In this document: in pieces, positions 1-13,070 of the stretch
Position numbering within the stretch: the stretch's first letter is position 1
Layout: every line of letters starts with the position of its first letter
Assembly: GCA_013265495.1 (NCBI GenBank)
Contig: MU058636.1
Span: 6,483,741 to 6,547,740 of the forward strand
DNA length: 64,000 bases
Direction: 5' to 3'
DNA from: Vicugna vicugna
Taxonomy: Eukaryota
Program-made: the position numbers and the translations under genes
The notes under the pieces: generated by a model
The model's input: only the letters and a program-made list of their open reading frames with translations
Databases searched by the model: none
What the model was told of the DNA's origin: nothing

Positions 1-34
1 TAGCATCGGTTACATGAGAGATAAAATATTAAAT

Positions 35-190
35 ACTTTATCTCATTTAACGTCCATAATAACACCACAAGGCAGGTACTATTATTCCTATTTTACAGCT
101 AGAAGAAGTGGGGCTCTGTGATATTAAGTAAACTGCTCAAGTACGCACAGTTACTAAGCAGTACACCTACGATCCTTCTCTTAACCTCTT
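35..190 (-). mobile_element. MIR SINE
   Basis: Reverse complement of the MIR core: atctcatttaa...aggtactattattcctattttacag...aagtaaactgctcaag. Confidence 0.8.
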
Positions 191-1224
191 TGTTATACCT
201 CGACTAGGCCATGCTATTTCATGTCTTTGGGGATTTTCACGTCTTCTTTCATCTCACTATTGTACCATTCACTGCCTTGTACACCTTGTTCACTTTAGAA
301 ACTCCTACTCATTCGTTAAGACTTTCTCTATGAAATCCTCTCTGACCTGCCTCCCAAGAAAAGGTGATTAGTCTTCCTCCCTGTCTTCCACAGTCCTATC
401 CCAAATGCACACACACCCATTATTATATTTTTCATTATGCTTTATAATAATCTATCTACACACGCAAATATCTGTCTCCTTATTAAGTTGTGACAACTCT
501 CCATTAATTTTGAAGCAACAAAATAGTACCCAATAAATCTTCAACAAATTAATAGACAAATAAATGTATTTCAGAGCAAAGGAGGCACAGTGTTGGTAGT
601 GGGGCAGTGGACCATCAAAAGAGAGTTTGAAAAGCAGAATAGCACTCAAGCAGCTTTTCAGGCACTCTCATAAGTAATTTTTGGTATCTCTTGCTCTCTT
701 TCTTCACCAGTTCCTTCCAAGTGATTGCAATTTTTTTTTTCAGCCCTTGGTTCTTGCCATGATCTTGTGCTTTTATTTAAAACTCCTTTCTGATACCAGA
801 TACCTGAAAAACATTCAACTATTGGCTTTCCTCCCATTTTACTGTACTTGGCTCAAATGTTCTCCCTACAACCAATCCAAGAATTCTTAAATCTCTATGA
901 GTGAACAAATATTTATTTTTCACTTTATATGAGCTAGGGATTGCAAGATTAAAAAAAAGACAAATTCTGTGGTTTTATGAAGCATATGTTCTAGTGGTGA
1001 AAACAAGGAATATACAGAAACAAACAAAAAATTAATACTATAATTCCAGGTACACTTTCTAAATTCTTTGCAATACATCCTTCTCCAGGATGAGCTGTGA
1101 CTGCACTTGGAAAGTACAAAACTTTAAATATTGGCTAAGTCTACTCAAATATATCTACATTCATGTTTTATTTTACACCATTATCAGCTTCTTGAAAAAA
1201 GCAAAGAACAAATAAACAGTAAAA

Positions 1225-2385
1225 GAAAAACAAATAGTAAGATAACAAGTTTAAACCTAATTATATCAATAATCATATTAAATGTAAAATGCCTAACTTC
1301 CCACAGTTAAAGGGCAGAGATTATGTATGTTGCTGATAAGAAATGTACTTTAAATGTTAAGATGCAAATAGGTAAAAAATGGAAAAAGAAATAGCATGCT
1401 AATTCTAATCAAAAAGAAAGCTGAAGTGACTATGTTAATGTCAGTTACTATTCTCTTTTTCAGAGATGAGAGTTTTATCAGAGATAAATAAGGTCATCTT
1501 AAAATGTTAAAGCAATCGATCTACATGAGGATGGAATAACTCAAACATTTATGCATCTAATAACAAAATTTCAAGATACATGTAGAAAAACTGATAAAAA
1601 TTCAAGGAGAAATTCACAATTATAATCAGAGATTTCAATACCTTTCTGTCAATAACTGAGAACAAGGAGGCAGAAAATTACATCATTAACCAACTGGCCT
1701 AATTAATATATTTAGAATACATCACTCAGTAGAATACACATTCTTTTCAAGTGCATTTGGAAGTTTACCAAGATAGACCAAATTCTGGACGTTAAAACAA
1801 GTTATCAGTAAATTCAAATTACCCAAGTCACACAAAGTATGTTCTCTGGCTAAAATGGAATAAAATTAGAAATCAATAACAGAAGTATCTCTAGAATATT
1901 CCAAGTATTTGGACACTAAAAAACACATTTCTAAATAATCAAATGGTCAGAGAAGAAATCAAAAGGAAAAATTTGAAAGTATTTTTTTAACTGAACGGAA
2001 AGTGAAACACATGATATCAAAATCTGTGGGCTGTCAATAAAAGAAAAATGCATAGTATTAAAACTGTATATAAGAAATATATAAAGGTCTCAAATCAATG
2101 ACCTCAACTTCTACCTTAAGAAACTAAAAGAATAAAAGAGAAAATGAAGCCAAAGTAAGCAGAAGAATGGAAATAAAAATCAGTTTTTTGAGATCAATAA
2201 AGTTAATAAATCTCTAGACAAATTAAAAGAAAACGTGAGAAGACAAAAATTACCATTGTCAAGAATCACTACTGACTCACAATGTTAAAAGGAAAATAAG
2301 GAAATATTATAAATCCAACAACTTAGATAAAATGGACAAAATCTTTGCAAGACAAAGAATATGAAAGCTCACTCAAGAAGAAATA
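1225..2385 (+). mobile_element. Old LINE-1 fragment, 5' ORF2 (endonuclease region), degenerate
   Basis: tcaataatcatattaaatgtaaa, gaatacacattcttttcaagtgca, taaaattagaaatcaataac; many stops and deletions. Confidence 0.85.
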
Positions 2386-4115
2386 GTTTTTTTCCAATTT
2401 TTTAATTGCAGTAAAACACTTATAACATAAAATTTACTATTTTAATCATTTTTTAAGTGTACAGTTGAATGGAGTTAAACACTTTTATAATGTTATGTGA
2501 TTGTCACCAGCACTTTTCTCCAGCCCTTTCATCTTGTAAAACTGAACTCTGTACCCATTAAATAATAAGTACCCATTTCTCCTTTTCCCTATTCCCTGGC
2601 AACCACCATTCTACTTTTCATCTTTATGATTTTGAGTACTCTGAGTGGAATCATACAGTATTTGTCTTTTGTGACTGGCTTATTTCACTTAGCATAACGT
2701 CTCTAAGCTTCATCCATGTTGTAGCATAAGTCAGTGTTTCTTTCCTTTTTAAGGCTACGTTTGTTGTATTTATCACATTTTGTTTATCTGTTTATCCATG
2801 GATGAACATTTAGGTTGCTTCCATACTTTATCTATTGTGAATAATTCTTCTATGAACACATGTGTAAATATCTCTTTGAGATCTTGCTTTCAATTCTTTT
2901 GTGCATATACTCAAAAGTGAAATTAGTGAATCATATGGTAATTCTATTTTTTAATTTTTTAAGAAACCATCATTCTGTTTTTAACAGCAACTGCACCATT
3001 TTCAATTTCTATCAATAACGCACAAAGGTTTCAATTTCTCTACATCTTCAACAATACTTATTATTTTCTGTTGTTTTTTAATAGTAACTATACTAATGTG
3101 TGTGAGGTGGTATCTGTAGTTTTGATTCACTTTTCCCTAATGATAAGTGATGCTGTGAATTTTTTCATGTGCTTATTAGTCATTTGTATATCTTCTTTGG
3201 AGAAGTCTCTATTTAAGTCCTTTGATCATTTTAAAATTAGGCTGCTTGGTTTTAATTTTGAGTTTTAGGAATTCTATATATATTCTAGATATTAATCCTG
3301 TATCAGAAATATAATTTGCAAGTATTTTCTTCCTTTACATAACTGCCATTTTTGTCTGTTGATGGGGTCTTTTGATGTGCAATTTTAAAAAATTTTTTTA
3401 CTAAGTCCAATTTGTCTATTTTTTTATTTGGTTGCTTGTGCCTTTCAGGTTACATACAGAAAAAAATTACTGCAAAATCCAATGTCGTGAAGCTTTTGCC
3501 TTACACTTTCTTCTAAGAGTTATATAGTTTTAGGTATTACATCTAGATCTTTGGTCCATTTTGAACTAATTCTTGTAGCTTATATACGGTGTTAGATAAG
3601 AGACCAATATGATTCTTTTGCATTTGGATATCCAGTTTTCCCAGCACCATTTATTGAAAAGATGCTCTTTTTTTTATTGAACAGTCTTGACACCCTTGTC
3701 AAAGGGTCATATATTTGACCATGTATCTGAGGACTTACTTCTGGGCTCTCTACTCTAGTCCGTTAGTCTATATGTCTCACTTTATGCCATAACCACACTG
3801 TTTTGATTATTGTGACTTTGTAGTGAGTTTTGAAATCAGGAAGTGTGAATCATCCAGTTTTGTTCTTCCTTTTTCAAGATTGTTTTGGTTATTCTGGGTC
3901 CCTTGAGATTTCACATAAATTTTAGAATGGACATTACTACTTCAGTTAAAAAAAAAAGTCATCAAGATTCTGATAGGAATTTCATTAAATCTGTAGATCA
4001 CTTTTGGTAGTATTGTCATCTGAATAATATTAAGCTTCCTCTTCCATGAACTTAGGATGTGTTTATATTTATTTATGTCATCCTTAATTTCCTTCAGCAA
4101 TGTTTTGTAGTTTTT
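2386..4115 (-). mobile_element. LINE-1 (L1MA/L1MB-like), 3' ORF2 plus 3'UTR
   Basis: T-rich tail at left; tggcttatttcacttagcataa, ttttcccagcaccatttattgaa, ttgaaatcaggaagtgtga. Confidence 0.9.
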
Positions 4116-4374
4116 CTATTGTTACTTTAAATTTACTATATGAACACTATTTATTAACAAATTCAAAATATGTCATCTCTCAGACATAAATAAAACTTTG
4201 AAATGTAAATTAAAATATACTTAGTTATGGCTCAAAAAAAGAAAAAATGTTTTGTTTATATTTCTTTATGATATTGGTGATCTTTGTATTTGGAAAAGAA
4301 AGCAATCAACTGGCTTCTTTTTATAGGTATTATGTTCTATTTCTAAACATAAATACAAGAGTGACTGAGTCATG

Positions 4375-5430
4375 AGGTCTACCATCAAAATGTATGCAGA
4401 ACCTCACTGCTTCTTACCACCTCATCATTCACTCTAGTCAAGTCACCATCATCTGTGCCCTGGATTTTACAATAGTCCTCCACCTGCTCCCCTCCTTCCC
4501 TTTCCCCCTGCTATAGCCTATTCCTAACACATTCTCCAGCACCTTATGGCTTTCCTTTGCTCAAGACTCTCCAGTGGCTCCCTCATAGAAGCCAAAGTTT
4601 TTACAGTGGCCTTCCAGGTATTACATACTCCAGTCACACCCTCCTTCTTTCTCCTACTCAAACATGCCAGCCCCACCTCTACTTCGGGTTCTTTGACTTG
4701 CTCTGCCTGAAACATTTATGCCCCAGACATCTGACAGCTTGCCTTCTTGTCTTCTTCAGAGACTTACCCAAATGGTACCCACTTCACTCCCTATCCTATT
4801 TTCTGCCTTGTTTTTCTATGTAACATTCAACATTATCTTACATGCTATTCATTTTACCTATTTAGTGTATCATATTGATTTTACCAATAACCAAAATTAC
4901 TGCCTTTACATATCTACAAATTTTGCAATGTGAGTTAGCAAATCCTCCCATCAAGAGGCTGAATCTATCTCCCCACCCCTTGAACCTGGGCTTCCCTTGT
5001 CTGTTGCTTTGGCCAACATAAGGAAATGACAGTGAGTCAGTTTCAAGTCTTCAAGAAGCATTGTGCACTGCTGCTCTCTTGCTTTTCTCCTCTGCCTTCA
5101 CTGTGACTACAAGCTTGGCCCAGTCAGATCCAGACACAGGAGCAAGTCCAGGGAAAATCAGCCAAGCCCAACCCTGCCAATATTTAGACACATGAGAAAT
5201 AATGATAAATAGTGGTGACTTTAAGCTATGAGGCGTTAGGGCAATTTGTTATGCAGCGTTATTACAGCAACAGACAGCAATGTGTCCTTCTATTGTCTTT
5301 CTCCCCTGTGAGAATATAAACTTCTCAGAGGCAGTAATAACTCTGTTTTGTTCCTGCTGGACCCTCAGGGTCTAGAAGAGTGCCTGGCTCAGATCACAGC
5401 TTAATAAGTATTCATTGACTGAATGAAGGA
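4375..5430 (+). mobile_element. LINE-2 3' portion, interrupted by an MLT1 LTR
   Basis: ctcaagactctccagtggctccc; ends gtgcctggctcag...aataagtattcattgactgaatgaa. Confidence 0.8.
4885..5283 (+). mobile_element. MLT1-family (MaLR) solo LTR
   Basis: cctcccatcaagagg...ccccttgaacctgggc...gctttggccaac; 3' end ttaagctatgag...atttgttatgcagc. Confidence 0.8.
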
Positions 5431-7560
5431 ATTCAATACAATTCGATAGTACGAATATTAGAAGATGAGAATTATTGGAGACTATCTTAGACGCTGCCTG
5501 CCATATGCACTTAGAGGCCCTCAAATTCCACCTTCAAAAGGTTAAGATTTAAATGATAATAATATTTATGCTTGATTTTTTTTTAAAGTAAAATTACATC
5601 AGATGGCATTACTGCATTTAGTAATGTAAATCCCCAAACTATTTTTCAAACTTCCGGGCCCTGGAAAAACCTGGATACTAGATTTCCTAGCATGCCCAGT
5701 ATTTTAGAGTATGTATTTAATTTAGTGGTGATCAGAGCAGACAACGTGATTTAAAGGCATCAAGCAGAATCTCTTGACAAAAATTTTGTATCTTTTATGA
5801 TAATTAAACTTTTACCATTTAACCTTCATTTTATTTGGTATGGAAGCCCTGTTTTCAAGTTATCTATTTCATAATTAGTCTTAAGTATCTAATAGGAGCT
5901 AAGTTTAAAGCATCATGAGAGTTAAAAATGTTAACATTTTTGCCCTTGAAGGCTTAGAATTTAGTTTAATAAAACATAAGTAACACCAAGAGCAAGGAGG
6001 GTCCCTTAAATGGTGTTCAACAAAGCAGTTCTTTTCTGCTTAAGAAAGTAAATGACTAGAACAATTATTAAGTATGGATCTTAAATCTTAAAAATATATC
6101 TTAAATTTTTCAATAACTCTACCATATCTTTACTCTTCCCAGAATCACACACAACTGGATCATGAAAACAGGAAAAAAATTCCTCTAAAGTAGCATTCCT
6201 ATTTCCACTGACCCTTTCGGCAGGAGCAGCAGGCTGCCCAACACCACCAGGTTCATGCGCTCACATAAGTTAACTCATCACTGCTCTACCATTGTGATCT
6301 TCAGTTACACAGAATGCCAGGAAAGTCAGCAACATAAGCAAAAAAAAAGTCTAAATTAATGTTTATCATTATAAAAACCAAAAGAGATGCCCACTGCATT
6401 TCTTATGGATAAATGTGAGTCCATTCATACATCAGTATGTAAACTTATTCTTCTGATGGAATAAACTAGTCATGATGGATACATCATGTGGATATGTGTC
6501 AACGTCCTCTAAAAAACATAGCCAGCATATAGTTGCTACTGGAAAAGATCCTGCAGCAACTAAGATCTATGATCCCTACATGCAAGTTCCACATCAATGG
6601 AATGTAGAGTCCTGGGTTGAAAGGGCGGGAGCACAGGCAGATGGGAAGAGAGTGAGGCAAGAGAGATGGGAGTTACCCTCACTAAATGTGACTTATTTTA
6701 CACTCACACAATGTCTTTCTGAAAATCAGAAAAAGAATAAAATACATTGCCATGGACATAAATGACTTTATTTCTCATAAGATGATAAATTTAAGAGGGA
6801 CCCAGTGATGCCCTTCAAAGGACTACTCTGTTGAAGAGGTGTAGAATCATTAAACTGATTGACAAAGCAGATACTGAGAGCTAGCCTTACTTTCATATGA
6901 CGTTCTAACATAAGACTGACCAACCATGCCCAACCAAGCATGTATCCCATGACACAATCACACCAGTACCTCCTCTTTAATTGAACCCTAGTGTTATCAA
7001 TAGCCTACACTATCTGTAAGATTTCCTCCTTACATTTTTAAAGACTGTATCTTACACTTCCAGACAGAATGAATCCTTTTCTTGAGAGAGAGTAAAACAG
7101 GGAAGTAAACTCGTTATCTTTGTAATTAAAACAGAATTAAAACATTACATCAATTATCTGACCAGGATAATAAACTTCATTCCCTACTTCACCTCACACA
7201 TGTAGTGTTTCTATTTTCCAAGATGTAAACTTAAAAAAATAATTAAGTATTTAAAACACCTGCCTCATAGGAGTTGTGAAAAGTAATGGAATTTAAGTTG
7301 GAAAGAATGTAATTAGCTGGCCTGGAATTTGGCTAGTGCAGCTAAGTTAATACCATAGCTTTGTCAAAAATGTGTCACCAGGCCTATAAGCTCAGGGAGT
7401 ATAATAGCAACTCATGACCCCAAGTACAAATCGTCTCTGAAGTCACACGCAGTCCCCTGTCTACTGCACAGTGCCGGCCACCGGTTACAGGTCTGTGGCA
7501 AGAGCAGTCTTCACCTCATTTACCAAAACTCCCTTCTATAATAAATCAGCAAAAACGTAC

Positions 7561-7592
7561 CGAGTGCCTCGTGTTAAGAAAGCCCGATCAGC
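7561..7592 (-). CDS. 32-nt exon; only open frame encodes ADRAFLTRGT(R)
   Basis: Minus strand: branch-like TTTAAC, acceptor ...aaccctcccgcag|GCTGATCGGGCTTTCTTAACACGAGGCACTCG|gtacgt donor. The other two frames contain stops. The phase-0 start fits the ATG-terminal exon. Confidence 0.55.
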
Positions 7593-8036
7593 CTGCGGGA
7601 GGGTTGTTCAGGGGGTTGTTAAATTCAGCGTTACTGTGAATTCTGCTTTAAAAGCCTGACTTTAAGCAGTATGTGCGGAAACTCTGTCACTCTTAATATT
7701 TAGATCAATCAGAATTCCTAAAAACCTCTGCTCCCTCCAACAGTTTGTCCTACAAATTAGCGCTTTTTATTAACCAACATAATACAGCATAAAAACTAGC
7801 AATGTTTTTGGAATTATCCTTGGTCGGATTAGTAAAAGCATTCTTAAGACTCTATGAATGCTGTCTTTGGACCTCAAGCTTGGAAATGTTTTCACGCACC
7901 CAAAAGTTTAAGGCTGAATTGGGTACTGGCCTGAATTCTGCATTTGAAAAGCCTGTCTTTGATTCTATCGCCAGGAGCTTTTACCCTGGGATTTTCCAGG
8001 TATCCATTTAACCCTTGACATTTTAAGGATGTTTTC

Positions 8037-8766
8037 TGTGAAGAAGGTTGTTGTACAATAAAGAATTCATCTAGTCTTTGTCCTGGGTTCCTGGCACAGA
8101 GCTTCTAAAACTCAGATTTTCCTGAGTAATGGAAGTGTTTTTGTTATTCATGAGCTCCTTACATCACACCTGAGTTTACAGGAATGAGATGGCTCAGGAT
8201 GGGGGTGTTCACCAGAAAAGACAGCCATGTGATTGCGGGCTTGGAGCTTTGGACCCAGCCTGACCTCTGAAGATGGGAGGAGGGTTAGAGAGCAAGTTCA
8301 GCCCTGGGGCCGATGGCTCAATCAATCAAGCCCATGTAATGCAGCACCAGTAAAAATCTGGACACCAAGACTTAGGTGAGTTTCCTGGTTGTTGAACACA
8401 CTGATACACTGATATGCAGGAAGCAATGCAAACTGACTTCATGGGGAGACGACAATGGAAACTATGTTGAGACCTCTCGGTTCTTGTCCTATGAGTCTCT
8501 TCATTTGGGTGGTCTTCATTCGTATCCTTTATAACAAATTGATGGTTTTAAGTATAATACTTTCCGGAATTCTATGAGTTGATCTAGTGAATTATCAAAA
8601 TCCTTGAATTTGTAGCCAGTTGGTTAGAAGCGCAGGGTTCCTGGGAGCCCCAAACTTGCAATGGACATTGAAGTGAGGACAGCCTTGCTGGGGGTGGTGC
8701 CCTTAAACCTGTGCAGTCTGACACTAATTCTGGATGGTTAACATCAGAATTGCAGGGCAGCACACA
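8037..8766 (+). mobile_element. MER21-like solo LTR
   Basis: TG...CA ends; ttcctggcacagagcttctaaaac, tcaatcaatcaagcccatgtaat, tgaatttgtagccagttgg, ccttaaacctgtg. Confidence 0.8.
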
Positions 8767-9069
8767 AGCGGTCCATATCTGTTGTCAAAATTTCAAAGGG
8801 CTCTTTGACCCAAAAGCTAACATTATAAACCACTTCTCTACATAGTGCTAAAGTTTCCCAAAGGAAAGTGAAATTCTTAGAGAACTAAGAAAGCTACATT
8901 AGCTATGAAGAACAGTCAGATGACTTCCACAAATTTACCAAAGATCAAAAACACCTCAGATGCTTAAAAGTCAGGATAAATCTTAAATCCTCTCCTTTCT
9001 AAACTTTCAAAACCAAAAAAAAAAAAAAAAAAAAAAAGTGGAGCACAAGTTTTCCCAAGACAGAAAGTT

Positions 9070-11445
9070 CAATACCTAACTCCTCATCTTCTCTATCTGA
9101 TCTATCCTTTTCATTCCTATTCCCTCATCTCCACCCCATTATCTGCCCCCTTCCTAGTCTTCCCCATCTCTGCAAATAAGGACAACAGTTACACAGGCCG
9201 TCAGTCTTGGAGTCATCCTTGTTGTCTCCTCTATTTTTCTCATATCCCACATCTAAAACACCATCAAATCCCCAAAATGTATTCAATAGCAGACAATATC
9301 TCATCTTCCACTGAAGTCCCAAAGACCCTTAGAGAGTGTCCACAAAATGTTCACTAAAGGGACAGTCCAACAAAGTGAGCCTGTCACTTCAAAGAAAAAA
9401 AATACAAAATACTCAAATATTATTTGACTTCTTCACTGCATTGATGCTTGCAGAGATGGTACAAAAACAATGGTGGATAAAACTGTTTGAGTCTTAAGAA
9501 AAATCTAAGCAATGGCACTAAATTGTCCTATTGGTCTGTATTCCTCAGTGCCACACACTCAAGCTGGGAGGGAGTAAGGGAGAGGGAGCCAGTTTCACTT
9601 AAGAATGTCCTTAATGAAATAGTACCAATTTTTAATGTTAGTTATTAAATATCAACCTTTGAGTTCATGCTTTTATAAGACTCTAGCTAATAAAATAGAA
9701 AACATACATAAAGCACTTTGTTACATGATAAAATACATTTGTACAATTGTTTGTGTTGTAAGCTCAACTAACCACTTTTCCTAGGAACATCATTTTTTCT
9801 TAAAAGAAATACTGAGAAAAATCATCATTATTGACGTTGGTTATTTGCAGATATCTTCTTTAAAAATGAACAGTGAGCCTGTCACTTTTCAAGGAAAAGG
9901 AACCACAGAAAATTGATGCCAAAGATAAAACTGAAGATTTTATAGGGATATTAGAATTTCTGAAAGTTCATATCTAACACTGCGGGCTTGAGAGCTTCTC
10001 AATAGTTAAATCTTTTTTTGATGAGATTGGTGGTAATATGAGTGAATGTGGCTTTTTTTATATAGAATAAAATGCATCACCATTTGGGAAATCTGCATAA
10101 CTCAGTATTTAATATTTTCCAAATTTTCTTCATGATGTCACCAAATTAGGGATGAGTAAAAATGTATTCACAGTAGGAGACAGACCAATGGGTATTCAGG
10201 AAACAGATTACAAAAAATTTACTGATATAGTTTCAATGAAACTATATTGCATATTGCAAGTAACCTTGAAGAACTATTACTTATAAATTTTGGTGGAATA
10301 TCAAAGAAGAATATCCACTATTATCTGAAAACTGTTCCCTTTTCCAAGTATCTCTGTAAGAATAGATTTTCTTCACAGACTTCAACCAAAACAACATATC
10401 ATAACACGTTGAATGCAGTAGCAAATGTGAGAATCCACTGTCTTCTATGAAGCCAGATATTAAGGAAATTTGTAAAACTCTGAAGTAATGCCAATATCCT
10501 CACCATTTTTTTTCTTTTGGAAAAATATGTTTATTTTTCATAATAATATATTAATATATTATAGATTTATTACTGTCATTTTTAAGTTAATCAATAAATG
10601 CATTTTTAAAAGTCTCAGTTTTAGTTTAACATGTGGTAAATATTGGTAAATATAATCCACATAAACAAAAACCTTTTGAGGTCTTCAATAATTCATGGGA
10701 GTATAAACAGTTTCTAAGACCAAAATGTTTGAGAAATACTGCTTTACTGTTATTACTCTGTTCCAAGCCATTATCATCACTCTCTGAATTTTTGCATTAA
10801 CCTCTAATAGATCTCCCTGCTCTCATCTTGTTTCTTTGCATAATATTCCCAGCCAAATCCAGGGTGATTCTTTTTAAATGTAAATCAAGTCATATCACTC
10901 CTCTGATCTAAATCCTCCAAAGACTTTCTTCCAAAATCATTTGGAGAAAAGGGGAAAGTTCTTATTGGCCTGCTAACATTGGGCATGTTCTTTAGTGATA
11001 CCTGCCACCATGCCCTCACCTCACTCTCTCCAGGCACACAGCCTCTTGCTCTTCCTCAAATAAGCTAAGTGTGCTCTGACCCAGTTCTTCTCTCAACTTA
11101 GAGTTCTTTTCCCTCGTGTATCTATGTGACTGTCTCTTTCCTGCTTTGGTCTCCATCCACATTTCACTTCACTGAGGTCTTCCGAGACCATTTTGCTAAG
11201 ACTGTTTAAAATCATATCCCCCCCAGGCCCCTACCTTGCTTTATTTTTCTCTGCATTTATTACCATCTGATGCATGATATATTCTGCTAATTTTTTTTTC
11301 AGTTTGTTGTCTGTTTCCCTTTACTGAAGGATAAGTTCTTTGAAGGCAGGAATTTTGTCCATTTTTTGCTGTATCCCCTGGCACACAGTAGGCACTCAGT
11401 GAATACTTGTTGAATGAATGAATGAGTGAACGAACAAGTGAATGA
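9070..11445 (+). mobile_element. LINE-2, split by a Charlie1 insertion
   Basis: L2 sequence at 9070-9330 resumes at ~10745 and ends cctggcacacagtaggcactcagtgaatacttgttgaatgaatgaatga. Confidence 0.8.
9340..10741. mobile_element. hAT-Charlie1-like DNA transposon remnant
   Basis: ccagtttcacttaagaatgtcctt, gtgagcctgtcactt; hAT-type terminus gaccaaaatgtttgagaaatactg. Confidence 0.8.
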
Positions 11446-11519
11446 GACAGCATGAATACAGAGAAAGAAAAATGCCTCCAAAAGTTCTAAACAATTGTAG
11501 TCTTATCAGAGTTTCCCTG

Positions 11520-11612
11520 ATGATTAAATTTAAATTCAACTTAATTTTAATCAATTTAAATTTCAATAGCCACATTTGGCTAGTGGCTACTGTATCAGAC
11601 AGTATGGCACTA
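11520..11612. mobile_element. MER3-like hAT MITE fragment
   Basis: aatttaaatttcaatagccacatttggctagtggctactgtat. Confidence 0.7.
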
Positions 11613-12899
11613 GAATTACAGACCAGGCTCACTCTTCAGATCCTTCAGAATTTCTAGTCCAGGACCACTGAGGTCTTTCTCTATTTGCCTAAGTCATCTA
11701 AGGTGTTCATTTAGGCTTATAACACAAAAGCCATCTGCATTTTGACAATGGCCTCTTAAACATCTTAACTGATTCAGGGACAGAGGGAACAGAAACCTGA
11801 TACCAAACCAACCAAAAATGTGGACTATTTCCAAACCTGTGTGAGGCTAGAATTGTCATTAGGAAATACAAACGTTTAACTTCCTCCAAGTCCTCCTTTC
11901 TCCCTGAATTTGTATTTGCATCAGCTTTTCGATCACTATTCAAACCAGGAAAAGTAGTTGGTTTATTACTTCTTTTAAATCACTCTTACCTTTTTTTAAA
12001 CAACTGATCATTTCTCTCTAATATTATTGTACTAATGGATGAATTATTACCACTTTTCCAAAGTTAAGGAAAATTGATCCAAACATTTTAAATGTAAAAA
12101 GCTATATATACAATCATTGGACTGAAGAGATGAAAATGTCTATACAAATGAAACAAATAAAAATGAATTTACTAGAGGTCATTTAACACTTTATTTGGAT
12201 ATTCAAGTCCAAGGACAAATCTTTATAAGGAATTTAAATCACATTCCAAAAAATTGTAGTTTGTCCTTATAAGCTATGCATATACATACATAGGTAAATA
12301 AATTCTGAAAATCTTTTGTGTGAATGGTATAAACATACATAAAAATCAGGAGATGAGGAGGCCTGGATATCTTTAAAACAAACAAGCCAACAAACAAAAA
12401 CACACAATACTGAAGCTGGTTATGTCAATGGAAATAGTGATGACACAGTAAAATAGCACAGTCTTTGCCCATTGATTGCTGAATCCACCAGTGGTTCAGA
12501 CAATCCAAAATAGTGGGTGATCTGTTATCCAGTCAGTGCTCTGTCCCTGGAGGTTTACTGCTACTGCAGCTACTATCCGCCCCCCACTCCCACTGGGAGC
12601 CCTCTCTGACCACAGTAGTCTATTACTCTAATCTTCCCTGAATCTACAACTTTGGAGTCAATTTATTAGTCTGCATGTTCTCTGAAAGCAATAGTTGGGG
12701 ACAAGGGAGCATATTAGGAAGGAATACAAGGCCAAGGAGCATTTTCAGTTGAGCTGAGACCCTGTATGGCATTCCTGGCTATCAGAGGACTCTCCCTACA
12801 GGAAGAATCTGAGAGTTTCCACAGCAAGAAAGCCTTTGTGCCCAGCCACCAGGTGTATGTTCCTATTTCTTTATCATTTGTCCACCAGCTTCACTATTT

Positions 12900-13070
12900 T
12901 TGATTGAGCACTTCTATGGAAAAAAGAGCTTTACTTCCTAAAGTCTTTTTATTCTCATAAACCCAAAGAGGTCATAATGGTTATCCCATTTTACAGAAAG
13001 ATATGGGGTCTAAGAACCATGGCTGAAGCCCCCAAGCTAGTAAAAGCTGAAATTAGTTCACAGAGCAAGT
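12900..13070 (-). mobile_element. MIR SINE
   Basis: ttatcccattttacagaaag core, reverse orientation. Confidence 0.6.

Noticed and set aside
1225..4115. Oppositely oriented L1 pieces as a twin-primed inversion
   Set aside because: The tail of the minus-strand copy abuts the plus-strand fragment, the wrong geometry for twin priming; two independent insertions fit better.
9016..9037. 22-nt poly(A) tract
   Set aside because: No recognisable SINE or mRNA body or TSD attached; treated as a simple repeat.
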